Source: Auanema rhodensis
Taxonomy: Eukaryota > Animalia > Nematoda
Assembly (NCBI GenBank): GCA_964057225.1
Contig: OZ059899.1
Span: 1,984,001 to 2,048,000, forward strand
Direction of reading: 5' to 3'
DNA length: 64,000 nucleotides
Position numbers and translations under genes: made by a program. Position 1 is the first letter of the stretch. Every line of letters begins with the position of its first letter. The notes beneath the pieces are model-generated. The model saw nothing but the letters and a program-made list of their open reading frames with translations, was not told where the DNA came from and searched no databases. Below, piece by piece: positions 41,001 to 54,600 of the stretch.

Positions 41001-41419
41001 GCATCATTTTTCAAACGATCATAACTAATTTTTGTATCAAGCGTTTCTCGATGTAGTATAGTGCATTCGATGCGGATTTTTAAGCTGCGTCGATCTGTGT
41101 TATCAGATTTGCGCTAGCTTAAAAATGCACCGAGATATCAACTGATATAAGTTCACACTTATATCTTCGATTTTCACCCTGAAGAATTAATTTTTTTGTT
41201 GAATAACATTGTCCATCGTCTTTGCCTTAAAAAAGGAATCTAAAAACATCTACTTTTTGCTAAATTATTTTGAAATTTTTCGAAAAAATTTTTGTCAAAA
41301 TGTTTTTGGAAGCAATGTTGAGTGTACATGGAAACTCAACATACACTAATGCATCATTTTTCAAACAATCATAACTAATTTGTGTATCAAGCGTTTCTCA
41401 ATGTAGTATAGTGCATTCG
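35100..41419 (+). repeat. Island of more divergent monomers (M101-M118)
   Basis: Variants not seen elsewhere in the window: CGAAAACA, GAAGAAAT, GATCAGTGTTATCAAAT, GATACGG, CATC(T)9G, TTTCAAATTGAAG, GAATTAC, GGACTTTT. Five of the window's seven indels also fall here. Confidence 0.87.
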
Positions 41420-44400
41420 ATGCGGATTTTTAAGCTGCGTCGATCTGTGTTATCAGATTTGCGCTAGCTTAAAAATGCACCGAGATATCAACTGATATAA
41501 GTTCACACTTATATCCTCGATTTTCACCCTGAAGAATTAATTTTTTCGTTGAATAACATTGTCCATCGTCTTTGCCTTGAAAAATGGAATCTAAAAACAT
41601 CTACTTTTTGCTAAATTATTTTGAAATTTTTCGAAAAAATTTTTGTCAAAATGTTTTTGGAAGCAATGTTGAGTGTACATGGAAACTCAACATACACTAA
41701 TGCATCATTTTTCAAACAATCATAACTAATTTGTGTATCAAGCGTTTCTCAATGTAGTATAGTGCATTCGATGCGGATTTTTAAGCTGCGTCGATCTGTG
41801 TTATCAGATTTGCGCTAGCTTAAAAATGCACCGAGATATCAACTGATATAAGTTCACACTTATATCCTCGATTTTCACCCTGAAGAATTAATTTTTTCGT
41901 TGAATAACATTGTCCATCGTCTTTGCCTTGAAAAATGGAATCTAAAAACATCTACTTTTTGCTAAATTATTTTGAAATTTTTCGAAAAAATTTTTGTCAA
42001 AATGTTTTTGGAAGCAATGTTGAGTGTACATGGAAACTCAACATACACTAATGCATCATTTTTCAAACAATCATAACTAATTTGTGTATCAAGCGTTTCT
42101 CAACGTAGTATAGTGCATTCGATGCGGATTTTTAAGCTGCGTCGATCTGTGTTATCAGATTTGCGCTAGCTTAAAAATGCACCGAGATATCAACTGATAT
42201 AAGTTCACACTTATATCCTCGATTTTCACCCTGAAGAATTGATTTTTTCGTTGAATAACATTGTCCATCGTCTTTGCCTTGAAAAATGAAATCTAAAAAC
42301 ATCTACTTTTTGCTAAATTATTTTGAAATTTTTCGAAAAAATTTTTGTCAAAATGTTTTTGGAAGCAATGTTAAGTGTACATGGAAACTCAACATACACT
42401 AATGCATCATTTTTCAAACGATCATAACTAATTTTTGTATTGAGCGTTTCTCAATGTAGTATAGTGCATTCGATGCGGATTTTTAAGCTGCGTCGATCTG
42501 TGTTATCAGATTTGCGCTAGCTTAAAAATGCACCGAGATATCAACTGATATAAGTTCACACTTATATCCTCGATTTTCACCCTGAAGAATTAATTTTTTC
42601 GTTGAATAACATTGTCCATCGTCTTTGCCTTGAAAAATGGAATCTGAAAACATCTACTTTTTGCTAAATTATTTTGAAATTTTTCGAAAAAAGTTTTGTC
42701 AAAATGTTTTTGGAAGCAATGTTGAGTGTACATGGAAACTCAACATACACTAATGCATCATTTTTCAAACGATCATAACTAATTTTTGTATCAAGCGTTT
42801 CTCAACGTAGTATAGTGCATTCGATGCGGATTTTTAAGCTGCGTCGATCTGTGTTATCAGATTTGCGCTAGCTTAAAAATGCACCGAGATATCAACTGAT
42901 ATAAGTTCACACTTATATCCTCGATTTTCACCCTGAAGAATTGATTTTTTCGTTGAATAACATTGTCCATCGTCTTTGCCTTGAAAAATGAAATCTAAAA
43001 ACATCTACTTTTTGCTAAATTATTTTGAAATTTTTCGAAAAAATTTTTGTCAAAATGTTTTTGGAAGCAATGTTAAGTGTACATGGAAACTCAACATACA
43101 CTAATGCATCATTTTTCAAACGATCATAACTAATTTTTGTATTGAGCGTTTCTCAATGTAGTATAGTGCATTCGATGCGGATTTTTAAGCTGCGTCGATC
43201 TGTGTTATCAGATTTGCGCTAGCTTAAAAATGCACCGAGATATCAACTGATATAAGTTCACACTTATATCCTCGATTTTCACCCTGAAGAATTAATTTTT
43301 TCGTTGAATAACATTGTCCATCGTCTTTGCCTTGAAAAATGGAATCTGAAAACATCTACTTTTTGCTAAATTATTTTGAAATTTTTCGAAAAAAGTTTTG
43401 TCAAAATGTTTTTGGAAGCAATGTTGAGTGTACATGGAAACTCAACATACACTAATGCATCATTTTTCAAACGATCATAACTAATTTTTGTATCAAGCGT
43501 TTCTCAACGTAGTATAGTGCATTCGATGCGGATTTTTAAGCTGCGTCGATCTGTGTTATCAGATTTGCGCTAGCTTAAAAATGCACCGAGATATCAACTG
43601 ATATAAGTTCACACTTATATCCTCGATTTTCACCCTGAAGAATTGATTTTTTCGTTGAATAACATTGTCCATCGTCTTTGCCTTGAAAAATGGAATCTAA
43701 AAACATCTACTTTTTGCTAAATTATTTTGAAATTTTTCGAAAAAATTTTTGTCAAAATGTTTTTGGAAGCAATGTTGAGTGTACATGGAAACTCAACATA
43801 CACTAATGCATCATTTTTCAAACAATCATAACTAATTTGTGTATCAAGCGTTTCTCAATGTAGTATAGTGCATTCGATGCGGATTTTTAAGCTGCGTCGA
43901 TCTGTGTTATCAGATTTGCGCTAGCTTAAAAATGCACCGAGATATCAACTGATATAAGTTCACACTTATATCCTCGATTTTCACCCTGAAGAATTAATTT
44001 TTTCGTTGAATAACATTGTCCATCGTCTTTGCCTTGAAAAATGGAATCTAAAAACATCTACTTTTTGCTAAATTATTTTGAAATTTTTCGAAAAAATTTT
44101 TGTCAAAATGTTTTTGGAAGCAATGTTGAGTGTACATGGAAACTCAACATACACTAATGCATCATTTTTCAAACAATCATAACTAATTTGTGTATCAAGC
44201 GTTTCTCAACGTAGTATAGTGCATTCGATGCGGATTTTTAAGCTGCGTCGATCTGTGTTATCAGATTTGCGCTAGCTTAAAAATGCACCGAGATATCAAC
44301 TGATATAAGTTCACACTTATATCCTCGATTTTCACCCTGAAGAATTGATTTTTTCGTTGAATAACATTGTCCATCGTCTTTGCCTTGAAAAATGAAATCT

Positions 44401-45631
44401 AAAAACATCTACTTTTTGCTAAATTATTTTGAAATTTTTCGAAAAAATTTTTGTCAAAATGTTTTTGGAAGCAATGTTAAGTGTACATGGAAACTCAACA
44501 TACACTAATGCATCATTTTTCAAACGATCATAACTAATTTTTGTATTGAGCGTTTCTCAATGTAGTATAGTGCATTCGATGCGGATTTTTAAGCTGCGTC
44601 GATCTGTGTTATCAGATTTGCGCTAGCTTAAAAATGCACCGAGATATCAACTGATATAAGTTCACACTTATATCCTCGATTTTCACCCTGAAGAATTAAT
44701 TTTTTCGTTGAATAACATTGTCCATCGTCTTTGCCTTGAAAAATGGAATCTGAAAACATCTACTTTTTGCTAAATTATTTTGAAATTTTTCGAAAAAAGT
44801 TTTGTCAAAATGTTTTTGGAAGCAATGTTGAGTGTACATGGAAACTCAACATACACTAATGCATCATTTTTCAAACGATCATAACTAATTTTTGTATCAA
44901 GCGTTTCTCAACGTAGTATAGTGCATTCGATGCGGATTTTTAAGCTGCGTCGATCTGTGTTATCAGATTTGCGCTAGCTTAAAAATGCACCGAGATATCA
45001 ACTGATATAAGTTCACACTTATATCCTCGATTTTCACCCTGAAGAATTGATTTTTTCGTTGAATAACATTGTCCATCGTCTTTGCCTTGGAAAATGAAAT
45101 CTAAAAACATCTACTTTTTGCTAAATTATTTTGAAATTTTTCGAAAAAATTTTTGTCAAAATGTTTTTGGAAGCAATGTTGAGTGTACATGGAAACTCAA
45201 CATACACTAATGCATCATTTTTCAAACAATCATAACTAATTTGTGTATTAAGCGTTTCTCAATGTAGTATAGTGCATTCGATGCGGATTTTTAAGCTGCG
45301 TCGATCTGTGTGATCAGATTTGCGCTAGCTTAAAAATGCACCGAGATATCAACTGATATAAGTTCACACTTATATCCTCGATTTTCACCCTGAAGAATTG
45401 ATTTTTTCGTTGAATAACATTGTCTATCGTCTTTGCCTTGAAAAATGGAATCTAAAAACATCTACTTTTTGCTAAATTATTTTGAAATTTTTCGAAAAAA
45501 TTTTTGTCAAAATGTTTTTGGAAGCAATGTTGAGTGTACATGGAAACTCAACATACACTAATGCATCATTTTTCAAACAATCATAACTAATTTGTGTATT
45601 AAGCGTTTCTCAATGTAGTATAGTGCATTCG

Positions 45632-48600
45632 ATGCGGATTTTTAAGCTGCGTCGATCTGTGTTATCAGATTTGCGCTAGCTTAAAAATGCACCGAGATAT
45701 CAACTGATATAAGTTCACACTTATATCCTCGATTTTCACCCTGAAGAATTAATTTTTTCGTTGAATAACATTGTCCATCGTCTTTGCCTCGAAAAATGGA
45801 ATGTAAAAACATCTACTTTTTGCTAAATTATTTTGAAATTTTTCGAAAAAATTTTTGTCAAAATGTTTTTGGAAGCAATGTTGAGTGTACATGGAAATTC
45901 AACATACACTAATGCATCATTTTTCAAACAATCATAACTAATTTGTGTATTAAGCGTTTCTCAATGTAGTATAGTGCATTCGATGCGGATTTTTAAGCTG
46001 CGTCGATCTGTGTTATCAGATTTGCGCTAGCTTAAAAATGCACCGAGATATCAACTGATATAAGTTCACACTTATATCCTCGATTTTCACCCTGAAGAAT
46101 TAATTTTTTCGTTGAATAACATTGTCCATCGTCTTTGCCTCGAAAAATGGAATCTAAAAACATCTACTTTTTGCTAAATTATTTTGAAATTTTTCGAAAA
46201 AATTTTTGTCAAAATGTTTTTGGAAGCAATGTTGAGTGTACATGGAAATTCAACATACACTAATGCATCATTTTTCAAACAATCATAACTAATTTGTGTA
46301 TTAAGCGTTTCTCAATGTAGTATAGTGCATTCGATGCGGATTTTTAAGCTGCGTCGATCTGTGTTATCAGATTTGCGCTAGCTTAAAAATGCACCGAGAT
46401 ATCAACTGATATAAGTTCACACTTATATCCTCGATTTTCACCCTGAAGAATTGATTTTTTCGTTGAATAACATTGTCTATCGTCTTTGCCTTGAAAAATG
46501 GAATCTAAAAACATCTACTTTTTGCTAAATTATTTTGAAATTTTTCGAAAAAATTTTTGTCAAAATGTTTTTGGAAGCAATGTTGAGTGTACATGGAAAC
46601 TCAACATACACTAATGCATCATTTTTCAAACGATCATAACTAATTTTTGTATCAAGCGTTTCTCGATGTAGTATAGTGCATTCGATGCGGATTTTTAAGC
46701 TGCGTCGATCTGTGTTATCAGATTTGCGCTAGCTTAAAAATGCACCGAGATATCAACTGATATAAGTTCACACTTATATCTTCGATTTTCACCCTGAAGA
46801 ATTAATTTTTTTGTTGAATAACATTGTCCATCGTCTTTGCCTTAAAAAAGGAATCTAAAAACATCTACTTTTTGCTAAATTATTTTGAAATTTTTCGAAA
46901 AAATTTTTGTCAAAATGTTTTTGGAAGCAATGTTGAGTGTACATGGAAACTCAACATACACTAATGCATCATTTTTCAAACAATCATAACTAATTTGTGT
47001 ATCAAGCGTTTCTCAATGTAGTATAGTGCATTCGATGCGGATTTTTAAGCTGCGTCGATCTGTGTTATCAGATTTGCGCTAGCTTAAAAATGCACCGAGA
47101 TATCAACTGATATAAGTTCACACTTATATCCTCGATTTTCACCCTGAAGAATTAATTTTTTCGTTGAATAACATTGTCCATCGTTTTTGCCTTGAAAAAT
47201 GGAATCTAAAAACATCTACTTTTTGCTAAATTATTTTGAAATTTTTCGAAAAAATTTTTGTCAAAATGTTTTTGGAAGCAATGTTGAGTGTACATGGAAA
47301 CTCAACATACACTAATGCATCATTTTTCAAACAATCATAACTAATTTGTGTATCAAGCGTTTCTCAATGTAGTATAGTGCATTCGATGCGGATTTTTAAG
47401 CTGCGTCGATCTGTGTTATCAGATTTGCGCTAGCTTAAAAATGCACCGAGATATCAACTGATATAAGTTCACACTTATATCCTCGATTTTCACCCTGAAG
47501 AATTAATTTTTTCGTTGAATAACATTGTCCATCGTCTTTGCCTTGAAAAATGGAATCTAAAAACATCTACTTTTTGCTAAATTATTTTGAAATTTTTCGA
47601 AAAAATTTTTGTCAAAATGTTTTTGGAAGCAATGTTGAGTGTACATGGAAACTCAACATACACTAATGCATCATTTTTCAAACAATCATAACTAATTTGT
47701 GTATCAAGCGTTTCTCAACGTAGTATAGTGCATTCGATGCGGATTTTTAAGCTGCGTCGATCTGTGTTATCAGATTTGCGCTAGCTTAAAAATGCACCGA
47801 GATATCAACTGATATAAGTTCACACTTATATCCTCGATTTTCACCCTGAAGAATTGATTTTTTCGTTGAATAACATTGTCCATCGTCTTTGCCTTGAAAA
47901 ATGAAATCTAAAAACATCTACTTTTTGCTAAATTATTTTGAAATTTTTCGAAAAAATTTTTGTCAAAATGTTTTTGGAAGCAATGTTAAGTGTACATGGA
48001 AACTCAACATACACTAATGCATCATTTTTCAAACGATCATAACTAATTTTTGTATTGAGCGTTTCTCAATGTAGTATAGTGCATTCGATGCGGATTTTTA
48101 AGCTGCGTCGATCTGTGTTATCAGATTTGCGCTAGCTTAAAAATGCACCGAGATATCAACTAATATAAGTTCACACTTATATCCTCGATTTTCACCCTGA
48201 AGAATTAATTTTTTCGTTGAATAACATTGTCCATCGTCTTTGCCTTGAAAAATGGAATCTAAAAACATCTACTTTTTGCTAAATTATTTTGAAATTTTTC
48301 GAAAAAAGTTTTGTCAAAATGTTTTTGGAAGCAATGTTGAGTGTACATGGAAACTCAACATACACTAATGCATCATTTTTCAAACGATCATAACTAATTT
48401 TTGTATCAAGCGTTTCTCAACGTAGTATAGTGCATTCGATGCGGATTTTTAAGCTGCGTCGATCTGTGTTATCAGATTTGCGCTAGCTTAAAAATGCACC
48501 GAGATATCAACTGATATAAGTTCACACTTATATCCTCGATTTTCACCCTGAAGAATTGATTTTTTCGTTGAATAACATTGTCCATCGTCTTTGCCTTGGA

Positions 48601-51600
48601 AAATGAAATCTAAAAACATCTACTTTTTGCTAAATTATTTTGAAATTTTTCGAAAAAATTTTTGTCAAAATGTTTTTGGAAGCAATGTTGAGTGTACATG
48701 GAAACTCAACATACACTAATGCATCATTTTTCAAACAATCATAACTAATTTGTGTATTAAGCGTTTCTCAATGTAGTATAGTGCATTCGATGCGGATTTT
48801 TAAGCTGCGTCGATCTGTGTGATCAGATTTGCGCTAGCTTAAAAATGCACCGAGATATCAACTGATATAAGTTCACACTTATATCCTCGATTTTCACCCT
48901 GAAGAATTGATTTTTTCGTTGAATAACATTGTCTATCGTCTTTGCCTTGAAAAATGGAATCTAAAAACATCTACTTTTTGCTAAATTATTTTGAAATTTT
49001 TCGAAAAAATTTTTGTCAAAATGTTTTTGGAAGCAATGTTGAGTGTACATGGAAACTCAACATACACTAATGCATCATTTTTCAAACAATCATAACTAAT
49101 TTGTGTATTAAGCGTTTCTCAATGTAGTATAGTGCATTCGATGCGGATTTTTAAGCTGCGTCGATCTGTGTTATCAGATTTGCGCTAGCTTAAAAATGCA
49201 CCGAGATATCAACTGATATAAGTTCACACTTATATCCTCGATTTTCACCCTGAAGAATTGATTTTTTCGTTGAATAACATTGTCTATCGTCTTTGCCTTG
49301 AAAAATAGAATCTAAAAACATCTACTTTTTGCTAAATTATTTTGAAATTTTTCGAAAAAATTTTTGTCAAAATGTTTTTGGAAGCAATGTTGAGTGTACA
49401 TGGAAACTCAACATACACTAATGCATCATTTTTCAAACAATCATAACTAATTTGTGTATCAAGCGTTTCTCAATGTAGTATAGTGCATTCGATGCGGATT
49501 TTTAAGCTGCGTCGATCTGTGTTATCAGATTTGCGCTAGCTTAAAAATGCACCGAGATATCAACTGATATAAGTTCACACTTATATCCTCGATTTTCACC
49601 CTGAAGAATTAATTTTTTCGTTGAATAACATTGTCCATCGTCTTTGCCTTGAAAAATGGAATCTAAAAACATCTACTTTTTGCTAAATTATTTTGAAATT
49701 TTTCGAAAAAATTTTTGTCAAAATGTTTTTGGAAGCAATGTTGAGTGTACATGGAAACTCAACATACACTAATGCATCATTTTTCAAACAATCATAACTA
49801 ATTTGTGTATCAAACGTTTCTCAATGTAGTATAGTGCATTCGATGCGGATTTTTAAGCTGCGTCGATCTGTGTTATCAGATTTGCGCTAGCTTAAAAATG
49901 CACCGAGATATCAACTGATATAAGTTCACACTTATATCCTCGATTTTCACCCTGAAGAATTGATTTTTTCGTTGAATAACATTGTCCATCGTCTTTGCCT
50001 TGAAAAATGAAATCTAAAAACATCTACTTTTTGCTAAATTATTTTGAAATTTTTCGAAAAAATTTTTGTCAAAATGTTTTTGGAAGCAATGTTAAGTGTA
50101 CATGGAAACTCAACATACACTAATGCATCATTTTTCAAACGATCATAACTAATTTTTGTATTGAGCGTTTCTCAATGTAGTATAGTGCATTCGATGCGGA
50201 TTTTTAAGCTGCGTCGATCTGTGTTATCAGATTTGCGCTAGCTTAAAAATGCACCGAGATATCAACTGATATAAGTTCACACTTATATCCTCGATTTTCA
50301 CCCTGAAGAATTAATTTTTTCGTTGAATAACATTGTCCATCGTCTTTGCCTTGAAAAATGAAATCTAAAAACATTTACTTTTTGCTAAATTATTTTGAAA
50401 TTTTTCGAAAAAATTTTTGTCAAAATGTTTTTGGAAGCAATGTTGAGTGTACATGGAAACTCAACATACACTAATGCATCATTTTTCAAACAATCATAAC
50501 TAATTTGTGTATCAAGCGTTTCTCAATGTAGTATAGTGCATTCGATGCGGATTTTTAAGCTGCGTCGATCTGTGTTATCAGATTTGCGCTAGCTTAAAAA
50601 TGCACCGAGATATCAACTGATATAAGTTCACACTTATATCCTCGATTTTCACCCTGAAGAATTAATTTTTTCGTTGAATAACATTGTCCATCGTCTTTGC
50701 CTTGAAAAATGGAATCTAAAAACATCTACTTTTTGCTAAATTATTTTGAAATTTTTCGAAAAAATTTTTGTCAAAATGTTTTTGGAAGCAATGTTGAGTG
50801 TACATGGAAACTCAACATACACTAATGCATCATTTTTCAAACAATCATAACTAATTTGTGTATCAAACGTTTCTCAATGTAGTATAGTGCATTCGATGCG
50901 GATTTTTAAGCTGCGTCGATCTGTGTTATCAGATTTGCGCTAGCTTAAAAATGCACCGAGATATCAACTGATATAAGTTCACACTTATATCCTCGATTTT
51001 CACCCTGAAGAATTGATTTTTTCGTTGAATAACATTGTCCATCGTCTTTGCCTTGAAAAATGAAATCTAAAAACATCTACTTTTTGCTAAATTATTTTGA
51101 AATTTTTCGAAAAAATTTTTGTCAAAATGTTTTTGGAAGCAATGTTAAGTGTACATGGAAACTCAACATACACTAATGCATCATTTTTCAAACGATCATA
51201 ACTAATTTTTGTATTGAGCGTTTCTCAATGTAGTATAGTGCATTCGATGCGGATTTTTAAGCTGCGTCGATCTGTGTTATCAGATTTGCGCTAGCTTAAA
51301 AATGCACCGAGATATCAACTGATATAAGTTCACACTTATATCCTCGATTTTCACCCTGAAGAATTAATTTTTTCGTTGAATAACATTGTCCATCGTCTTT
51401 GCCTTGAAAAATGAAATCTAAAAACATTTACTTTTTGCTAAATTATTTTGAAATTTTTCGAAAAAATTTTTGTCAAAATGTTTTTGGAAGCAATGTTGAG
51501 TGTACATGGAAACTCAACATACACTAATGCATCATTTTTCAAACGATCATAACTAATATTTGTATCAAGCGTTTCTCAACGTAGTATAGTGCATTCGATG

Positions 51601-54600
51601 CGGATTTTTAAGCTGCGTCGATCTGTGTTATCAGATTTGCGCTAGCTTAAAAATGCACCGAGATATCAACTGATATAAGTTCACACTTATATCCTCGATT
51701 TTCACCCTGAAGAATTGATTTTTTCGTTGAATAACATTGTCCATCGTCTTTGCTTTGAAAAATGAAATCTAAAAACATCTACTTTTTGCTAAATTATTTT
51801 GAAATTTTTCGAAAAAATTTTTGTCAAAATGTTTTTGGAAGCAATGTTGAGTGTACATGGAAACTCAACATACACTAATGCATCATTTTTCAAACAATCA
51901 TAACTAATTTGTGTATCAAGCGTTTCTCAATGTAGTATAGTGCATTCGATGCGGATTTTTAAGCTGCGTCGATCTGTGTTATCAGATTTGCGCTAGCTTA
52001 AAAATGCACCGAGATATCAACTGATATAAGTTCACACTTATATCCTCGATTTTCACCCTGAAGAATTAATTTTTTCGTTGAATAACATTGTCCATCGTCT
52101 TTGCCTTGAAAAATGGAATCTAAAAACATCTACTTTTTGCTAAATTATTTTGAAATTTTTCGAAAAAATTTTTGTCAAAATGTTTTTGGAAGCAATGTTG
52201 AGTGTACATGGAAACTCAACATACACTAATGCATCATTTTTCAAACAATCATAACTAATTTGTGTATCAAGCGTTTCTCAATGTAGTATAGTGCATTCGA
52301 TGCGGATTTTTAAGCTGCGTCGATCTTTGTTATCAGATTTGCGCTAGCTTAAAAATGCACCGAGATATCAACTGATATAAGTTCACACTTATATCCTCGA
52401 TTTTCACCCTGAAGAATTGATTTTTTCGTTGAATAACATTGTCCATCGTCTTTGCCTTGAAAAATGGAATCTAAAAACATCTACTTTTTGCTAAATTATT
52501 TTGAAATTTTTCGAAAAAATTTTTGTCAAAATGTTTTTGGAAGCAATGTTGAGTGTACATGGAAACTCAACATACACTAATGCATCATTTTTCAAACGAT
52601 CATAACTAATTTTTGTATCAAGCGTTTCTCAACGTAGTATAGTGCATTCGATGCGGATTTTTAAGCTGCGTCGATCTGTGTTATCAGATTTGCGCTAGCT
52701 TAAAAATGCACCGAGATATCAACTGATATAAGTTCACACTTATATCCTCGATTTTCACCCTGAAGAATTGATTTTTTCGTTGAATAACATTGTCCATCGT
52801 CTTTGCCTTGAAAAATGAAATCTAAAAACATCTACTTTTTGCTAAATTATTTTGAAATTTTTCGAAAAAATTTTTGTCAAAATGTTTTTGGAAGCAATGT
52901 TGAGTGTACATGGAAACTCAACATACACTAATGCATCATTTTTCAAACAATCATAACTAATTTGTGTATTAAGCGTTTCTCAATGTAGTATAGTGCATTC
53001 GATGCGGATTTTTAAGCTGCGTCGATCTGTGTTATCAGATTTGCGCTAGCTTAAAAATGCACCGAGATATCAACTGATATAAGTTCACACTTATATCCTC
53101 GATTTTCACCCTGAAGAATTGATTTTTTCGTTGAATAACATTGTCTATCGTCTTTGCCTTGAAAAATAGAATCTAAAAACATCTACTTTTTGCTAAATTA
53201 TTTTGAAATTTTTCGAAAAAATTTTTGTCAAAATGTTTTTGGAAGCAATGTTGAGTGTACATGGAAACTCAACATACACTAATGCATCATTTTTCAAACA
53301 ATCATAACTAATTTGTGTATCAAGCGTTTCTCAATGTAGTATAGTGCATTCGATGCGGATTTTTAAGCTGCGTCGATCTGTGTTATCAGATTTGCGCTAG
53401 CTTAAAAATGCACCGAGATATCAACTGATATAAGTTCACACTTATATCCTCGATTTTCACCCTGAAGAATTAATTTTTTCGTTGAATAACATTGTCCATC
53501 GTCTTTGCCTTGAAAAATGGAATCTTAAAACATCTACTTTTTGCTAAATTATTTTGAAATTTTTCGAAAAAATTTTTGTCAAAATGTTTTTGGAAGCAAT
53601 GTTGAGTGTACATGGAAACTCAACATACACTAATGCATCATTTTTCAAACAATCATAACTAATTTGTGTATCAAGCGTTTCTCAATGTAGTATAGTGCAT
53701 TCGATGCGGATTTTTAAGCTGCGTCGATTTGTGTTATCAGATTTGCGCTAGCTTAAAAATGCACCGAGATATCAACTGATATAAGTTCACACTTATATCC
53801 TCGATTTTCACCCTGAAGAATTGATTTTTTCGTTGAATAACATTGTCCATCGTCTTTGCTTTGAAAAATGAAATCTAAAAACATCTACTTTTTGCTAAAT
53901 TATTTTGAAATTTTTCGAAAAAATTTTTGTCAAAATGTTTTTGGAAGCAATGTTGAGTGTACATGGAAACTCAACATACACTAATGCATCATTTTTCAAA
54001 CAATCATAACTAATTTGTGTATCAAGCGTTTCTCAATGTAGTATAGTGCATTCGATGCGGATTTTTAAGCTGCGTCGATCTGTGTTATCAGATTTGCGCT
54101 AGCTTAAAAATGCACCGAGATATCAACTGATATAAGTTCACACTTATATCCTCGATTTTCACCCTGAAGAATTAATTTTTTCGTTGAATAACATTGTCCA
54201 TCGTCTTTGCCTTGAAAAATGGAATCTTAAAACATCTACTTTTTGCTAAATTATTTTGAAATTTTTCGAAAAAATTTTTGTCAAAATGTTTTTGGAAGCA
54301 ATGTTGAGTGTACATGGAAACTCAACATACACTAATGCATCATTTTTCAAACAATCATAACTAATTTGTGTATCAAGCGTTTCTCAATGTAGTATAGTGC
54401 ATTCGATGCGGATTTTTAAGCTGCGTCGATCTGTGTTATCAGATTTGCGCTAGCTTAAAAATGCACCGAGATATCAACTGATATAAGTTCACACTTATAT
54501 CCTCGATTTTCACCCTGAAGAATTAATTTTTTCGTTGAATAACATTGTCCATCGTCTTTGCCTTGAAAAATGGAATCTTAAAACATCTACTTTTTGCTAA

